A stretch of 64,000 nt of DNA from an uncultured Acidobacteriota bacterium (GTDB lineage: Bacteria; Acidobacteriota; Blastocatellia; RBC074), in the NCBI GenBank assembly GCA_963796275.1, contig CAWCKY010000003.1:480001-544000 (forward strand). The letters are read 5' to 3'. Below are positions 23,790 to 35,459 of this stretch, one piece after another. The first letter of the stretch is position 1; the number at the start of each line of letters is the position of its first letter. The position numbers and the translations under genes were made by a program. The notes beneath the pieces were generated by a model, which saw only the letters and a program-made list of their open reading frames with translations, was not told the DNA's origin and did not search any database.

Positions 23790-25340
23790 ATGAGACGTTG
23801 GTTCCCCCTATCGATAAGTTTTCTACAACTATTCACGTTGATTTATCTCGCGTGGCAGCATCCATTCGGTAATTTCGCAACAGAAACTGATTTCTATCAT
23901 TTCTATGCGCCGGACGCCGAACGCATCGCTGCGGGGCAATTTCCGAACAACACATATCAAGGCCCTGGATACCCGGCAATGCTGGCATTTCTTGACTGGA
24001 TGACCGGCGGGGATCTTTTCGCGATCGGGAAATGGCTGTCGGTCATCTGCGCGGTCCTGGTCGGGCTTCTGACATTCAAACTATTCGCGCGTCTTTTCGA
24101 TTACTGGACCGGCATCGGCGCGCAATTAATTGCGATTGTCAGCGGCGAATTTCCTCAGTTTTCGATCAATGCGACGACCGATCTCTTCTTTCTGATGATC
24201 TGCCTGCTGGTACTGGTGGTCTTCACCAGTGATTCAATTTCCGCGGGCTGGCGGTCCGTCTCAGCCGGCGCGCTCACCGGCCTCGTCTACATAACCCGGT
24301 ATAACGGGCTATTTTTGCTAGCGACATGTCTGGCCGGCGTTGTCCTGCTGAATATCTTTGAAAGGAGATTGCCCGAGCGATGGTTATTGGCCGGATTCCT
24401 CCTGGCGGCGTTTTTCGCTGTTTCATCGCCGTGGCTTTTGGCGAATTACAAACATCACGGCACTCCCTTCTACAATACCAATTACCTGAACATCGCAACT
24501 GAATTCTATCCGGAACTGGTTGCCGGCAAGACTAATCAGGACGGCACCCGCGCGTTTGAACAGAAGTTTCATTCATTTGGCGATGTGCTCGGTTACGATC
24601 CCAGGCGCATCGTCACGCATTATCCGGTGAATCTTTACGAGAGCCTGCGTCTTAGCATCAAGGACAACCTTGTCAATGAAATGGTCGGATGGTTAGCCAT
24701 CCCCGGCATCCTTCTGGCATTGATGAGAAGTAGGTCAAAAAATGTGATGGTTGTCTTGTTGGGTGGTGCGGTCTATGTGTCTTTGACGGCGCTCACACAC
24801 TGGGAGACGAGGTATTTCTTCTTCCTGATGATACTTTACGCGGGGTTTTCGAGTTACGCCATAACCTCTCTCTCTGAGCTGGCGCAGACGCGCCATTGGA
24901 TCAGGCGGCCGGCTGTCGCTACGGGTTTATCCGTCACCCTGATTGCTATCATGTGCGCGCTGTCAACTGTTCAATCGCACAAGGATGTAAAAAGCTTTCT
25001 GGCCAGTCAGCCATGGGAAATTATCGCTGCCCGGGATTATCTCAACAGCGTCAATCCCGATGGCGTCAGGTTTAAAATAGTCGCGCGCAAACCGCATCTG
25101 CCATACCTTGCACGCAGCGAATGGATCTTTTTTCCACAGGTAAAATCGATCGAAGAATTTCGAGATTGGGTCGACGCTCATCACGCCGATTACATCGCCA
25201 TCGGCAAGCGGGAGTTGCGAGAGCGCAAAGAGCTAGCGCCCCTCGGCGATCCGAAAAACGCTCCGCCATGGTTGAAAGCCGTGTGGGTGAACAAATATCC
25301 CATGTTCATTCTGTACAAACCGGAAGCGAAATCCGAGTGA
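23790..25340 (+). CDS. ArnT/PMT-like (GT-C) membrane glycosyltransferase
   Basis: ETDF in first loop, GPGYPAML, many TM helices, TRYNG, PWLLANY. Confidence 0.7.
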   Translation: MRRWFPLSISFLQLFTLIYLAWQHPFGNFATETDFYHFYAPDAERIAAGQFPNNTYQGPGYPAMLAFLDWMTGGDLFAIGKWLSVICAVLVGLLTFKLFARLFDYWTGIGAQLIAIVSGEFPQFSINATTDLFFLMICLLVLVVFTSDSISAGWRSVSAGALTGLVYITRYNGLFLLATCLAGVVLLNIFERRLPERWLLAGFLLAAFFAVSSPWLLANYKHHGTPFYNTNYLNIATEFYPELVAGKTNQDGTRAFEQKFHSFGDVLGYDPRRIVTHYPVNLYESLRLSIKDNLVNEMVGWLAIPGILLALMRSRSKNVMVVLLGGAVYVSLTALTHWETRYFFFLMILYAGFSSYAITSLSELAQTRHWIRRPAVATGLSVTLIAIMCALSTVQSHKDVKSFLASQPWEIIAARDYLNSVNPDGVRFKIVARKPHLPYLARSEWIFFPQVKSIEEFRDWVDAHHADYIAIGKRELRERKELAPLGDPKNAPPWLKAVWVNKYPMFILYKPEAKSE

Positions 25341-25393
25341 TTCACCACGTGAAAACGCCATGATGTCTTTGTCCATTCGCGTTATTTGATGAA

Positions 25394-27076
25394 TCACCTC
25401 TCGATTGCGTATTCTCGTTCGAACTCTTCGGTGAACTGTGCGATCTGTCTTTTCACTTCCTCGTCGCTCCAAGCCAACTCTTTCGCCATCAGGCCAGCCA
25501 CTGCCACCGAGCATTTCAATGAATCCTCTCCGGCCAGTATCGCAAGTCGGGTGCGTCGCACAAGCACATCGGCAAGCGTAATTGCCATCTCAGTCCGCGC
25601 CGCATAAACGACTTCAGCTTTTATGTGCGGCAACCCCTCGATCACCGGCGTGCGCAATAGCTCGCTCTCTCTTATCAACTTGAGTATTTGATAGTAGTTC
25701 GAGCCGTAGGTGAAGACGAGATGATGCGCGGTCTCACCGCTCAGTTTTTCATTCACTACAATCCTGCGCGCCTCTCTCGCCAGCTCTCCGCGTGTCATCG
25801 ATCCACCTGATATGGGTAACTCGGTTGTGCCGGTATCGCCGGAGATAATGGCGTGGCGGTCGTTCAGCCGCCGCGCGGCCAGTGAGACCGTTCGTTCAGC
25901 CATCAATCGATAGGTAGTCAGCTTACCCCCGGAGATCGAAATCAGCCCGTCTTCCGTCTCGAACAACTCTTCTTTGCGAGATATATCGGTCGTTTTCTTC
26001 GCATTTTTATCGCCGATTAACGGCCGCAATCCTGCCCAGCTCGAAATGACATCCGATGGTTCGAGCTGCGTGGCGGGAAAATATGCATTGACCGCATCGA
26101 GGATTTCACCGACTTCGTCGTTTTCCGCGTGCGGCGAATCTTTATCGCCCGCATAATCATTGTCTGTCGTCCCGATATTTACGCGGCCGTGCCAGGGGAC
26201 GACGAAATAGAACCTGTGCCCTCCGAGCGAGGGTATCAGCCAGGCCGAACCGATTTGCAATCTCCCGGCGGGAATCGTCAGGTGAACTCCCTTAGATGGA
26301 CGTAGGAATTTTGACGGTTCTGCCTCCGAATGAGAGTCGAGTCCGGCGACCTCATTCATCCACACGCCGGTTGCATTGACGACTATTCGTGAACGCGCAA
26401 TGAGCTCATCTCCAGTCAGTTCGTCGCGCAGGCGTGCGCCGGTGATTTTACTCGTTTCGTCTCTGATGAAACCGGTGGCGCGTGTGTAATTGGCGATTCT
26501 CGAACCCTGTTCGTGGGCAGCCTTGATAACCTCGATGACGAGACGCGCGTCATCGGTCAGCGCGTCATAGTAGAGTAAGGCGCCTTTTAATCCCTGGGGA
26601 TCGAGTTGTGGAGCGAGTTTCAGAGCCTCATAAGGTGAGAGATGTCTGTGACTGCCGATGGCGTAACGTCCGGCGAGCAGATCATAGAGGATGAGGCCCG
26701 CGCGCATCTTCAACGGATGATCATAGTTGCGTTTATTATTCCGGTAAATCGGTATAACGAAAGGAAATGGTTCCACCAGATGCGGGGCGATCCTGGCCAG
26801 GACCGCTCGTTCCTTCAGCCCTTCGCGCACGAGAGAGAAGTCGAGGTGCTCGAGATATCGCAGACCGCCGTGAATCAGCTTGGTCGAACGGCTTGAAGTG
26901 CCTGCGGCGAAGTCACGCTTCTCGATAAGTGCCACGCGCAAATCGCGCGTAGCCGCATCGAGGGCGACCCCGGCTCCGGTGATGCCGCCGCCGATGACCA
27001 AAACATCGAATATCTCTTCTTTGATTTTGTCTAGCGACTCGCGCCGTGTGCGCCAGGATAATTCAGACATGTCCAT
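25394..27076 (-). CDS. glpD: FAD-dependent glycerol-3-phosphate dehydrogenase
   Basis: [58 protein letters not shown]; start trimmed to ATG at 27076. Confidence 0.92.
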   Translation of the reverse strand: MDMSELSWRTRRESLDKIKEEIFDVLVIGGGITGAGVALDAATRDLRVALIEKRDFAAGTSSRSTKLIHGGLRYLEHLDFSLVREGLKERAVLARIAPHLVEPFPFVIPIYRNNKRNYDHPLKMRAGLILYDLLAGRYAIGSHRHLSPYEALKLAPQLDPQGLKGALLYYDALTDDARLVIEVIKAAHEQGSRIANYTRATGFIRDETSKITGARLRDELTGDELIARSRIVVNATGVWMNEVAGLDSHSEAEPSKFLRPSKGVHLTIPAGRLQIGSAWLIPSLGGHRFYFVVPWHGRVNIGTTDNDYAGDKDSPHAENDEVGEILDAVNAYFPATQLEPSDVISSWAGLRPLIGDKNAKKTTDISRKEELFETEDGLISISGGKLTTYRLMAERTVSLAARRLNDRHAIISGDTGTTELPISGGSMTRGELAREARRIVVNEKLSGETAHHLVFTYGSNYYQILKLIRESELLRTPVIEGLPHIKAEVVYAARTEMAITLADVLVRRTRLAILAGEDSLKCSVAVAGLMAKELAWSDEEVKRQIAQFTEEFEREYAIER

Positions 27077-27304
27077 ATAATAAGGTGATTCACCGCAAAA
27101 AACATGAAAAGACAAAAAGCATAAATATAAAAATGCCTTGATTTTATCGTCCACTCAGGTAGACCATGAACCGGTACTTTTTGTGTGAACTCTAGCGGGT
27201 CTCTCATGCTCGGCGGTCATGAAATTTATCAGCTATACCAATAACTGTTTAAGGATTTTATCGCCATTCACAAAATCCGGTTCTCCCTTCCCCTGTGGAG
27301 CGAT

Positions 27305-29177
27305 ATGAAAAATCATCACTGCAAATCTCGTCCGATCGTTTTTTCACTATGTCTGATACTTCAGCCCGCTATCGTGCAAAACGCGTCAATTGATGCAGAG
27401 GCGGAAGAAACCAGATATACACCGGCAATCGAGTTGCAGCAGAAACGCCCGGTTCGTAGCGGCAAATCAAAGAGAAAAAGCGAGCGCCCGGCCTCAGAAT
27501 CTAAGGATGGTTCGCATCCCGTTACAACTCCATCCCTGGACAAGGTTATTTCGAATAACCGTGCGCTGGTAAATGAGGTAGGCGATGCGGACCCATCCGG
27601 GGCGAAATCTGCGGGGGCAAAGATCGATGAGAATCTCCTCCGCGCACATGTCAAATTTTTAGCCGACGATCTGCTCGAAGGCAGAAGTCCGGGAGGCAGA
27701 GGCGGACTGCTCGCCGCGAAATATATCGCCGCACAATTCGAATCGCTCGGACTCGAACCCGCTGCGGCCAACCGCGGTTATTTCCAGCAGGTGCATATGA
27801 TCGGTACCAGACCTGATGCGGCGAACAAACTGGTGGTCAAGAGCGGGACCGAGGCATCCGAGAGCAAAGTCGAGTTCAAGATGGGCGATGAGTTTACTGC
27901 CGGAACTGACCTCGAACAGAATGAAGTTTCAATCACCGGAGAGGTCGTCTTCGTCGGGTACGGTATCCTCTCGCCAGAAAATAAATGGGATGATTACAAA
28001 GGCCTCGATGTGCGCGACAAGGTCCTTATGATTATGGTTAACGACCCGCCGCCGCCAGCTGCAGACCCGGGCCTGTTCGGCGGGCGCGGTCTAACTTACT
28101 ACGGGCGGTGGACCTATAAGTATGAAGAGGCGGCCAGGCGCGGGGCAGCGGGGGTGATACTCATCCATACAAACGAATCTGCGGGATATGGTTGGAGCGT
28201 AGTCCGCAACTCGTGGAGCGGTGATAGATTTGGATTGCTGCCTGATAGCAAAACCCCTACTTTGAAGATGAAATCGTGGGTGACCGATGAGGTTGCGCGG
28301 AAGATCGTGCAGATGAGCGGCCAAAACCTTGATCAACTTCGGCAATCGGCGGAAACGCGCGAGTTCCGTCCCGTCGTATTGAACGCTAGAGTCGAGACCA
28401 CGCTGCGTTTTCAGGCCCAGCGCATGTCGTCTCCCAACGTTGTCGGGATATTTCGCGGGAATGATCCGGTCCTTAAGAACGAATATATCGTTTACTCCGC
28501 TCACTGGGATCACCTCGGTATCAGGCAGGATCAACCCGGCGATAATATATACAATGGCGCAGTCGATAATGCGACAGGGATCGCCGGGATTCTGGGGATT
28601 GCCAGGGCCTTCTCAGCTCTCGACGTTAAGCCGCGAAGGTCGATTCTCTTCATCGCTACGACGGCTGAAGAACAGGGATTGCTCGGCGCTGAGTATTACA
28701 TCCGCTATCCGCTCGTGCCACTTGCGCAGACCAAAGCTAACATCAATCTCGATTCGATGAACGTGCTTGGGCAAACTACGGATATGACTCCGCTCGGCGC
28801 GGATCGTTCTACGCTTGGGATAATCGTCGAGGAGGTGGCGAAGGAGAATAACCTCACTATATCTCCCGACGCTCACCCGGAGCAGGGATACTTTTTACCG
28901 CTCGGATCACTTCCCGTTTGCGAAGGCGGGTATCCCGGCAGTCAATTTCGGATCGGGGAAGAAATTTGTCGGACATTCCGATAAATGGGTGGAAGAGCAG
29001 GTGCAGGACTACCGGCAGAATCGTTACCACCAGCCGTCCGATGAATATAGCCCGAACTGGAATTTCATGGGAATGGTGCAGCAAGCGCGCCTTGCCTTCT
29101 GGATAGGGGTGCGTGCGGCGAACGCGAACGCGGCGCCTCAGTGGAATAAGGGGGATGAGTTTGAGCGCGCGCGCTAA
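27305..29177 (+). CDS. M28 family aminopeptidase with PA domain; +1 frameshift at ~28892
   Basis: SAHWDHLG, GAVDNATG, AEEQGLLG; removing one T from TTTTT at 28892-28896 restores YFYRSDHFPFAKAGIP...YHQPSDE through to the stop at 29177. Confidence 0.85.
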
Positions 29178-29350
29178 CGGCAATGTGATGGATTATTCAT
29201 CACAAAAAAACACGAAACAGACCGCAGGCGAACTGCAAGAAAATAAGCAGCAGCAGCTTCCCTGATGTAATGCTTCCGAGGTGTGTGCGGATCCGGCGAT
29301 CTCCTTTCTATCCTTTGTGTTGAATCGCTCGGTTTGGTACCTTAGCCTAT

Positions 29351-29572
29351 ATGCCAGAGCCATCGCGATATTTATTTGTATTCGGAACGTTTCAGCTAGA
29401 CCCCGTCGAGAAGGTTTTGCTGCGTGGAGAGCGGGTGCTACCGCTCACGCCGAAGGCGCTCGATACCCTTTTCGTGATGGTAGAGAATAGCGGAAATGGA
29501 CGTTGTTTGTCGTCGATCGATGAGAATGGGGAACGCAGTCCAAGGCAGATTATGCGAGACGGAGACTTATGA
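29351..29572 (+). pseudogene. Truncated OmpR/CadC-type winged-helix regulator fragment
   Basis: FGTFQLDPVEKVLLRGERVLPLTPKALDTLFVMVENSG, after which the similarity is lost. Confidence 0.65.
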
Positions 29573-29677
29573 TTACGTTAAACACCAGGGTATACTTATA
29601 GCAATTTCGCAGGCGGGAGGGGTTGGTAAAATCTCTTATTGGAATCTTACCGGCGATCCGCCCGCTAAATCGCACGC

Positions 29678-30739
29678 ATGACTACAGATTCCGAAATAAT
29701 CGATCGTAAACGCAGTCACTTCGATCTCTGCGCTCATCAAGACATTGAATTCCGCAATAAGACAACCTGGTTCGAGTATGTCGAGCTCGTTCATCGACCT
29801 CTCATTGAAACCAATCTCGAAGGGATCGATTTAAGCATAACGATGCTGGGCAAACGCTTGAACTATCCCATCGTTATTACCGGGATGACGGGCGGCACGG
29901 AAGAGGTCGGCCGGTTTAATCGAGATATTGCTGCGCTCGCCGATCGGATCGGCATAGGTTTCGGCGTGGGCTCTCAACGCGTTATGCTGCGATATCCCGA
30001 GCTCAAAAAGACTTTCGAGGTGCGCGATGTGGCTCCGAATGTGCTGCTCTTCGGCAATATCGGTATAGGACAGGCGCGTGAACTCGAGGCGCACGAGTTG
30101 CGCCGGCTCACCGAAGATATAGGCGCCGATGCGCTGTGCATTCACCTCAATGCGGCGATGGAGATCATTCAAGAGAAGGGCGATCACGATTTTCGCGGGT
30201 CGCTCGATGCTTTGAAGCGATCAATCGGTCAGCTGGGAGTCGAACTCATCGTCAAAGAGACCGGGTGCGGATTCGACAGGGAGTCGGGCGAACGGCTGGC
30301 GGAGATTGGAGTGAAATGGATCGATGTCGCGGGTGCGGGCGGAACTTCGTGGATAGGCGTTGAGACGCTTCGTAATAGGGCCTTGCGTCATCTGGGCGAA
30401 GCGTTCTGGGATTGGGGGATTCCGACCGCAGCGAGTCTCTGCGAGCTTCGCACATCGAATTTGAACCTGATCGCTTCCGGCGGAATAAGGACAGGAGTGC
30501 AGGCGGCCAAAGCAATAGCCTTGGGCGCAAAAGCGGTCGGAGTTGCCCTGCCGGTTTTACGTTCTTATGTCGCGGGTGGTGTGGATGGTGTAGAGACCTT
30601 CCTCACCTCATTTTGCGATGAACTGAGAGCAGCCCTGATGCTGGTCGGCTGCGCTCGCATCGATGACTTGACTTCCGATCGGGCAGTCATCAGCGGGCGA
30701 CTTCTCGAATGGATCGAACAAAGGGAGTTATGGGATTAA
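29678..30739 (+). CDS. fni: Type 2 isopentenyl-diphosphate delta-isomerase
   Basis: RKRSH, TGMTGG, GVGSQR, IHLN, VKETGCG, DVAGAGGTSW, WGIPT, ASGGIRTG. Confidence 0.93.
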   Translation: MTTDSEIIDRKRSHFDLCAHQDIEFRNKTTWFEYVELVHRPLIETNLEGIDLSITMLGKRLNYPIVITGMTGGTEEVGRFNRDIAALADRIGIGFGVGSQRVMLRYPELKKTFEVRDVAPNVLLFGNIGIGQARELEAHELRRLTEDIGADALCIHLNAAMEIIQEKGDHDFRGSLDALKRSIGQLGVELIVKETGCGFDRESGERLAEIGVKWIDVAGAGGTSWIGVETLRNRALRHLGEAFWDWGIPTAASLCELRTSNLNLIASGGIRTGVQAAKAIALGAKAVGVALPVLRSYVAGGVDGVETFLTSFCDELRAALMLVGCARIDDLTSDRAVISGRLLEWIEQRELWD

Positions 30740-30898
30740 AGACAATCGGTAAGGATAAGTACTCTGGAAATTATGTTTTATATTGCTGCTAGCCCACTTC
30801 GCGGGCTAGCACAATACTAAAAACTTATAAGTAAGGTACGAAAATTATGGTAGGTAAGAATAATAAGTGATAAGTGATAAACAAGTGAATGCATCAGA

Positions 30899-31702
30899 GT
30901 GTCGCCCATGATCTTTAAAAGTATTTGTATCGTGACAGCTCATGATACTGAATTTAAGATTGCTACAGGATTGCTAAGTCAACGCGCGTATTACAACGAA
31001 GGGCGGATGGAGGTTTGTCGCGGTATATTCGGCGAGCGGCAGCTGACGATCCTGAAATCGGGGGTCGGCGCTTTTGGATTTGCGCAACGTCTTTTTGATC
31101 ATCTCCAACATAATCAATACGAGGCATTGATGGTCGCGGGGGTAGCGGGTGCGCTCGATCCGCAAATCAAGACGGGCGATGTTGTGGTCTTCGGTAGTTG
31201 CTACAACGCGCGAGCTGACCGGAATGGATCGAATCCCGGAGAGGTTCAACTGGAAAGTGGGAATAAAAGGGTGATTTACTGTGACGATATGCTATCGCGC
31301 TTCATCGCTGAAACTCTATATGAGTCGGGAGTTTCATGCATTCTGGGAGCCGGAGTAACAGTGGACCGAATCATCACCAGCGCAAAGGAGAAAATCGCTC
31401 TGGGTCTTCAATATAAGGCCGCCGCGGTCGATATGGAGACTTACGACTGTTTATCCGTCTGTGCCCATTTCGGCCTGAGGGCATCCGCTCTCCGCGTCGT
31501 GTCGGATGATGCAGAGAATGATCTGCCGGACTTTAACCGCGCGCTTGAGCGCGATGGGCGGATGAGCAATTGGCGCATGGCGACAACTTTAATGACAAAT
31601 CCCATCAACTCGCTCCGCTTTCTGCTTAACATGAGGAGTGTTCTGGATTCGTTGCGCGTTAATCTGAACGCGATCTATCGCGCTGAATGGCGTGAGCTAT
31701 AA
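30899..31702 (+). CDS. Nucleoside phosphorylase-family protein (HpnG-like)
   Basis: GVAGALDP, AAVDMET, LRVVSDD; located in a hopanoid-associated gene context. Confidence 0.7.
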   Translation: MSPMIFKSICIVTAHDTEFKIATGLLSQRAYYNEGRMEVCRGIFGERQLTILKSGVGAFGFAQRLFDHLQHNQYEALMVAGVAGALDPQIKTGDVVVFGSCYNARADRNGSNPGEVQLESGNKRVIYCDDMLSRFIAETLYESGVSCILGAGVTVDRIITSAKEKIALGLQYKAAAVDMETYDCLSVCAHFGLRASALRVVSDDAENDLPDFNRALERDGRMSNWRMATTLMTNPINSLRFLLNMRSVLDSLRVNLNAIYRAEWREL

Positions 31703-31856
31703 TATTTAATGCTGATTAAAGGCTGATATGACGAGAGGTTGACAAGGAGGGTAGCTCTGGCTAGAGTTTCACCCTTGCTCTCGATTGTGGCGCCGTACTG
31801 ACAATGAAACGTTGCCGCAAGTAAGCCTTTCGATACAGAAATAAGGAGAAAAGGAA

Positions 31857-32348
31857 ATGAGTAATTTGGCGCTCTCAGCGGTAGAGGTACAGCCAAAAGT
31901 TGAAATAAAGGAAGGAACCTATAAAGTCGCATCTTCTATACTGGTATTCAATACGACCGAACGCGTCGAATTGAAGAGCATAACCAGAGAGATTGCGGCC
32001 TTCGTCGAGCAGACGCCGATCCGTGATGGGATCGTGCAAATTTCTTCGTTACATACGACGGCTGGCGTGATGCTAAATGAGACCCAGGGCGCTTTGCTCT
32101 CCGATATCTCCTCGTTCTTCGAACAGCTCATTCCGCGGGGGGTATATTACAAACACAACGATCCTCTACTTTCCGATTGCGACCGTAAGAATGCTGATGC
32201 CCACCTGCGTGTACTGGTTGTCGGTCAGAACCTGACAATCCCAATCGTCGACGGCAAAATGCAGCTGGGCACCTGGCAGAACATCCTCCTGACCGAGTTC
32301 GATGGCCCAAATAACCGAAAAATTCATGTTCAGGTAATGGGAATCTGA
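31857..32348 (+). CDS. yjbQ: YjbQ/UPF0047 family protein
   Basis: HTTAGVMLNE, YKHN, NADAHL, LGTWQNILLTEFDGP. Confidence 0.88.
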   Translation: MSNLALSAVEVQPKVEIKEGTYKVASSILVFNTTERVELKSITREIAAFVEQTPIRDGIVQISSLHTTAGVMLNETQGALLSDISSFFEQLIPRGVYYKHNDPLLSDCDRKNADAHLRVLVVGQNLTIPIVDGKMQLGTWQNILLTEFDGPNNRKIHVQVMGI

Positions 32349-32357
32349 GATAGATAT

Positions 32358-32413
32358 CAGTTTTCAATTTTCAGTTACTCAAAACTGGAGCAGGTAACTG
32401 AAAACTTAAAACT
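32358..32413. repeat. Inverted heptamer array (TTTTCAG / CTGAAAA type)
   Basis: CAGTTTTCAATTTTCAGTTAC ... GTAACTGAAAACTTAAAACT between yjbQ and hpnA. Confidence 0.6.
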
Positions 32414-32420
32414 TATAACT

Positions 32421-33410
32421 ATGCATGCATTCGTCACTGGCGCGACCGGATTCATCGGCTGTAACCTGGTTCGCGCATTGCTCGCGGGGCGGCACCGGGT
32501 CAGGGCGCTGGTCCGGGAGGGAAGCGACCGGCGTAATATAGCGGGATTACCTGTCGAGGCGGTCACGGGGGATCTCGATGATCAGAAGAGGCTGGTAGAG
32601 CAGATTGGGGGCTGCGAGGTTGTCTTTCACCTGGCAGCCCATTACTCGCTCTGGAGGAAGGACCGCGAATCGATCTACCGCGCGAATGTGGCAGGGACGG
32701 AAAATTTATTGGCCGCCGCAACTGCCGCCCGGGTCAAGCGATTCATTCATACAAGCTCGGTCGCAGCCATAGGAGTCCCTCCGCTGGATCGGTCCGGGAC
32801 AGAAGAGCAGCAAACGAGTCTCGCAGAGTTAGTCAGCGATTATAAAAAATCCAAGTTTCTTGCCGAACAGGCCGCGCAAAATGCAGTCCGAAATGGCCTC
32901 GATGTTGTTATCGTCAACCCGTCAACGCCGATCGGCCCCTACGACATAAAACCCACACCGACAGGCGAGATAATCCTGAGATTTTTGCAGGACCGCATGC
33001 CCGCGTATGTACATACCGGACTAAACCTGATCGATGTTGAAGACGTCGCCGCCGGACACATACGGGCATGGCAAAAAGGTCGGACCGGAGAACGGTATAT
33101 TCTTGGGAATCGCAATCTTACGCTCAAAGAGCTGCTAGAAATACTTTCGGCGCTCACCGGCAAACGGGCCCCCCGCATCGTAGTACCGCATTTCATCCCG
33201 CTTGTCGCTGCATATGTTGATGAAATGATTCTGGCGCGTTATTTCGGCAAAACGCCGCAAGTTTCGTTCTATTCGGTTCAGATGTCGCAGCATCCGATGT
33301 ATTACGACCCATCGAAAGCGGTGCGCGAATTGGGATTGCCCCAGAGCCCCGTCGAAAAGGCTGTGCAGAAGGCTGTTGTGTGGTTTGAAGAGAATGGGTA
33401 CGTTCGTTAA
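32421..33410 (+). CDS. hpnA: Hopanoid-associated sugar epimerase / dihydroflavonol-reductase-like SDR
   Basis: VTGATGFIG, YKKSK, NPSTPIGPYDIKPTPTG, MPAYVHTGLN. Confidence 0.85.
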   Translation: MHAFVTGATGFIGCNLVRALLAGRHRVRALVREGSDRRNIAGLPVEAVTGDLDDQKRLVEQIGGCEVVFHLAAHYSLWRKDRESIYRANVAGTENLLAAATAARVKRFIHTSSVAAIGVPPLDRSGTEEQQTSLAELVSDYKKSKFLAEQAAQNAVRNGLDVVIVNPSTPIGPYDIKPTPTGEIILRFLQDRMPAYVHTGLNLIDVEDVAAGHIRAWQKGRTGERYILGNRNLTLKELLEILSALTGKRAPRIVVPHFIPLVAAYVDEMILARYFGKTPQVSFYSVQMSQHPMYYDPSKAVRELGLPQSPVEKAVQKAVVWFEENGYVR

Positions 33411-33566
33411 ATTTTCTTATCGCCTGTTGCGCCGCCTCCCTAACAAGGGTGGAGCGAAGCTGCTGGAACCCATCGCCGGAAAGCACCAAGCCCAGAAGGG
33501 AGCGCTGGCGAGCGATCGATTTATGGCGCGCCCCGAATGTGGATTCGCCCCACCCTCGGCTTCAAC

Positions 33567-35177
33567 TCAATCCGATTTTGGCCCCGATGCTTTCACCTCA
33601 TCGGACACGCCGGCGGCGAACTGCTCGAAATTCTCGCGGAAGAGTTTGGCCAAATGGCGCGCTTTTTCATCGTAAGCGCCCGGATTCTTCCAGGTCTTGC
33701 GGGGCTTTAGCACCTCGGCGGGAACATCCGGGCACGATGTGGGGACCTGAACGCCGAATATCGGATCCAGTTCGACCGTCACATTCGCCAGCCGCCCATC
33801 GAGCGCCGCGTGAACCATCGCGCGGGTATAGGCGATCTTCATACGCTGGCCTTCACCATAAGGCCCGCCCGACCATCCGGTATTGATCAGCCAGCAATTC
33901 GATTTGTGCTTAGCGATGCGTTCGCGCAGGAGCTCGGCATACACGCCAGGATGGTGAACCATGAAAGGCGCTCCGAAACAGGCCGAGAAGGTTGCCTGCG
34001 GCTCTTTGCCCAGCCCCTTCTCAGTTCCTGCCACCTTCGCTGTATAACCCGAGATAAAGTGGTACATCGCCTGTTCGGGCGTTAGTTTCGATACGGGAGG
34101 AAGTACTCCGAAAGCATCAGCCGTCAGCATAATGATATTCTTCGGATGCCCGCCCAAACCCGACGGTTCGAAATTGGGGATTTGCGAGAGGGGATAGGCG
34201 GCGCGTGTGTTCTCCGTCAGCGAGCCGTCATTCAAATCCAGGCGACGCGTCACCGGGTCCATCACCACATTTTCGAGTACCGTGCCGAAACTGCGAGTGC
34301 AGGCATAAATATCCGGCTCGGCTTCCGGAGAAAGGTTGATCACTTTTGCGTAACAACCCCCTTCGAAATTGAAGACCCCTCGATCCGACCACCCGTGTTC
34401 GTCATCGCCGATCAGCTTTCTTGCGGGGTCGGCCGAAAGCGTGGTTTTTCCGGTGCCGGAGAGACCAAAAAAGATAGCCGTATCGCCGCCCGCGCCTATG
34501 TTCGCCGAACAGTGCATTGAAAGCACGCCGCGGAGCGGCAGAAGATAATTGAGCAGCGTGAAGATCGATTTTTTGGTTTCGCCGGCATAGCTCGTGCCTC
34601 CGATCAGGATCAGTTTCTTCCCAAAGTCCATTAGAATGAACGTCGGTGAATTGGTGCTATCGGTCTCCGGATCTGCCAGGCAATTGGGGACATTTATGAC
34701 CGTAAATTCGGGCACATGCCCGGACGCCTGTGTGGCCCAATCCGGTCGCACAAACATATTGCGCGCAAACAGACTGTGCCAGGCATATTCGGTGATAATC
34801 CGAATCGGAATGCGATACTGCGGGTCTGCTCCCGCGAAACAATCCTGCACATAAACGTCTTTGCCCCGCAGGTGCGAGAGGACTTTGTTTAATAGCTTGT
34901 CGAAATTTCCCTCGAATGACCGGTTCACCTTCCCCCACCAGACGTGCTTTTCAGATGAAGGCTCACGCACGAGAAATTTGTCGTTCGGCGAACGCCCCGT
35001 GTGCAGCCCCGTATTGACGGCCAATGGCCCCATGTGAGCAATCAAGCCTTCACCACGTTTGACCGCATGCTCGTAGAGCTCGCCTGTAGTCAGATTCCAA
35101 TAAATATTTCCGGCGTTATTTATTCCGTGATTTGTGAGATCGTATGAACTCGGGTTCCAACCTGATTGCTCTGCCAT
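33567..35177 (-). CDS. pckA: Phosphoenolpyruvate carboxykinase (ATP)
   Basis: TGRSPNDKF, YAGETKK, GLSGTGKTTLS, IGDDEHGW, NFEGGCYAK. Confidence 0.96.
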   Translation of the reverse strand: MAEQSGWNPSSYDLTNHGINNAGNIYWNLTTGELYEHAVKRGEGLIAHMGPLAVNTGLHTGRSPNDKFLVREPSSEKHVWWGKVNRSFEGNFDKLLNKVLSHLRGKDVYVQDCFAGADPQYRIPIRIITEYAWHSLFARNMFVRPDWATQASGHVPEFTVINVPNCLADPETDSTNSPTFILMDFGKKLILIGGTSYAGETKKSIFTLLNYLLPLRGVLSMHCSANIGAGGDTAIFFGLSGTGKTTLSADPARKLIGDDEHGWSDRGVFNFEGGCYAKVINLSPEAEPDIYACTRSFGTVLENVVMDPVTRRLDLNDGSLTENTRAAYPLSQIPNFEPSGLGGHPKNIIMLTADAFGVLPPVSKLTPEQAMYHFISGYTAKVAGTEKGLGKEPQATFSACFGAPFMVHHPGVYAELLRERIAKHKSNCWLINTGWSGGPYGEGQRMKIAYTRAMVHAALDGRLANVTVELDPIFGVQVPTSCPDVPAEVLKPRKTWKNPGAYDEKARHLAKLFRENFEQFAAGVSDEVKASGPKSD

Positions 35178-35459
35178 ATCGCTCCTTTGATGAACTGTGT
35201 CTTTCTTGGTTATACCAATGTTTGACCAAAATTGATTAAAGCGCGGACAGGGCCCGCGCTCCGATGGTGTTTAAAATTTTTATAGCACCATAACGATAGC
35301 TAAAAAGAGCTGGCTTGTCGAGAACCTTACATTGAAAGAGAATTGCAAACCGCTAAGGAAGGAAAAAGAGCGATGGATAGGAGATCATCTATCTCTTTAT
35401 ATCTTTTTGATAGTTGGTCAGACGATTCCTTGTGCGACCATCGATATATGTTCGCTAAT

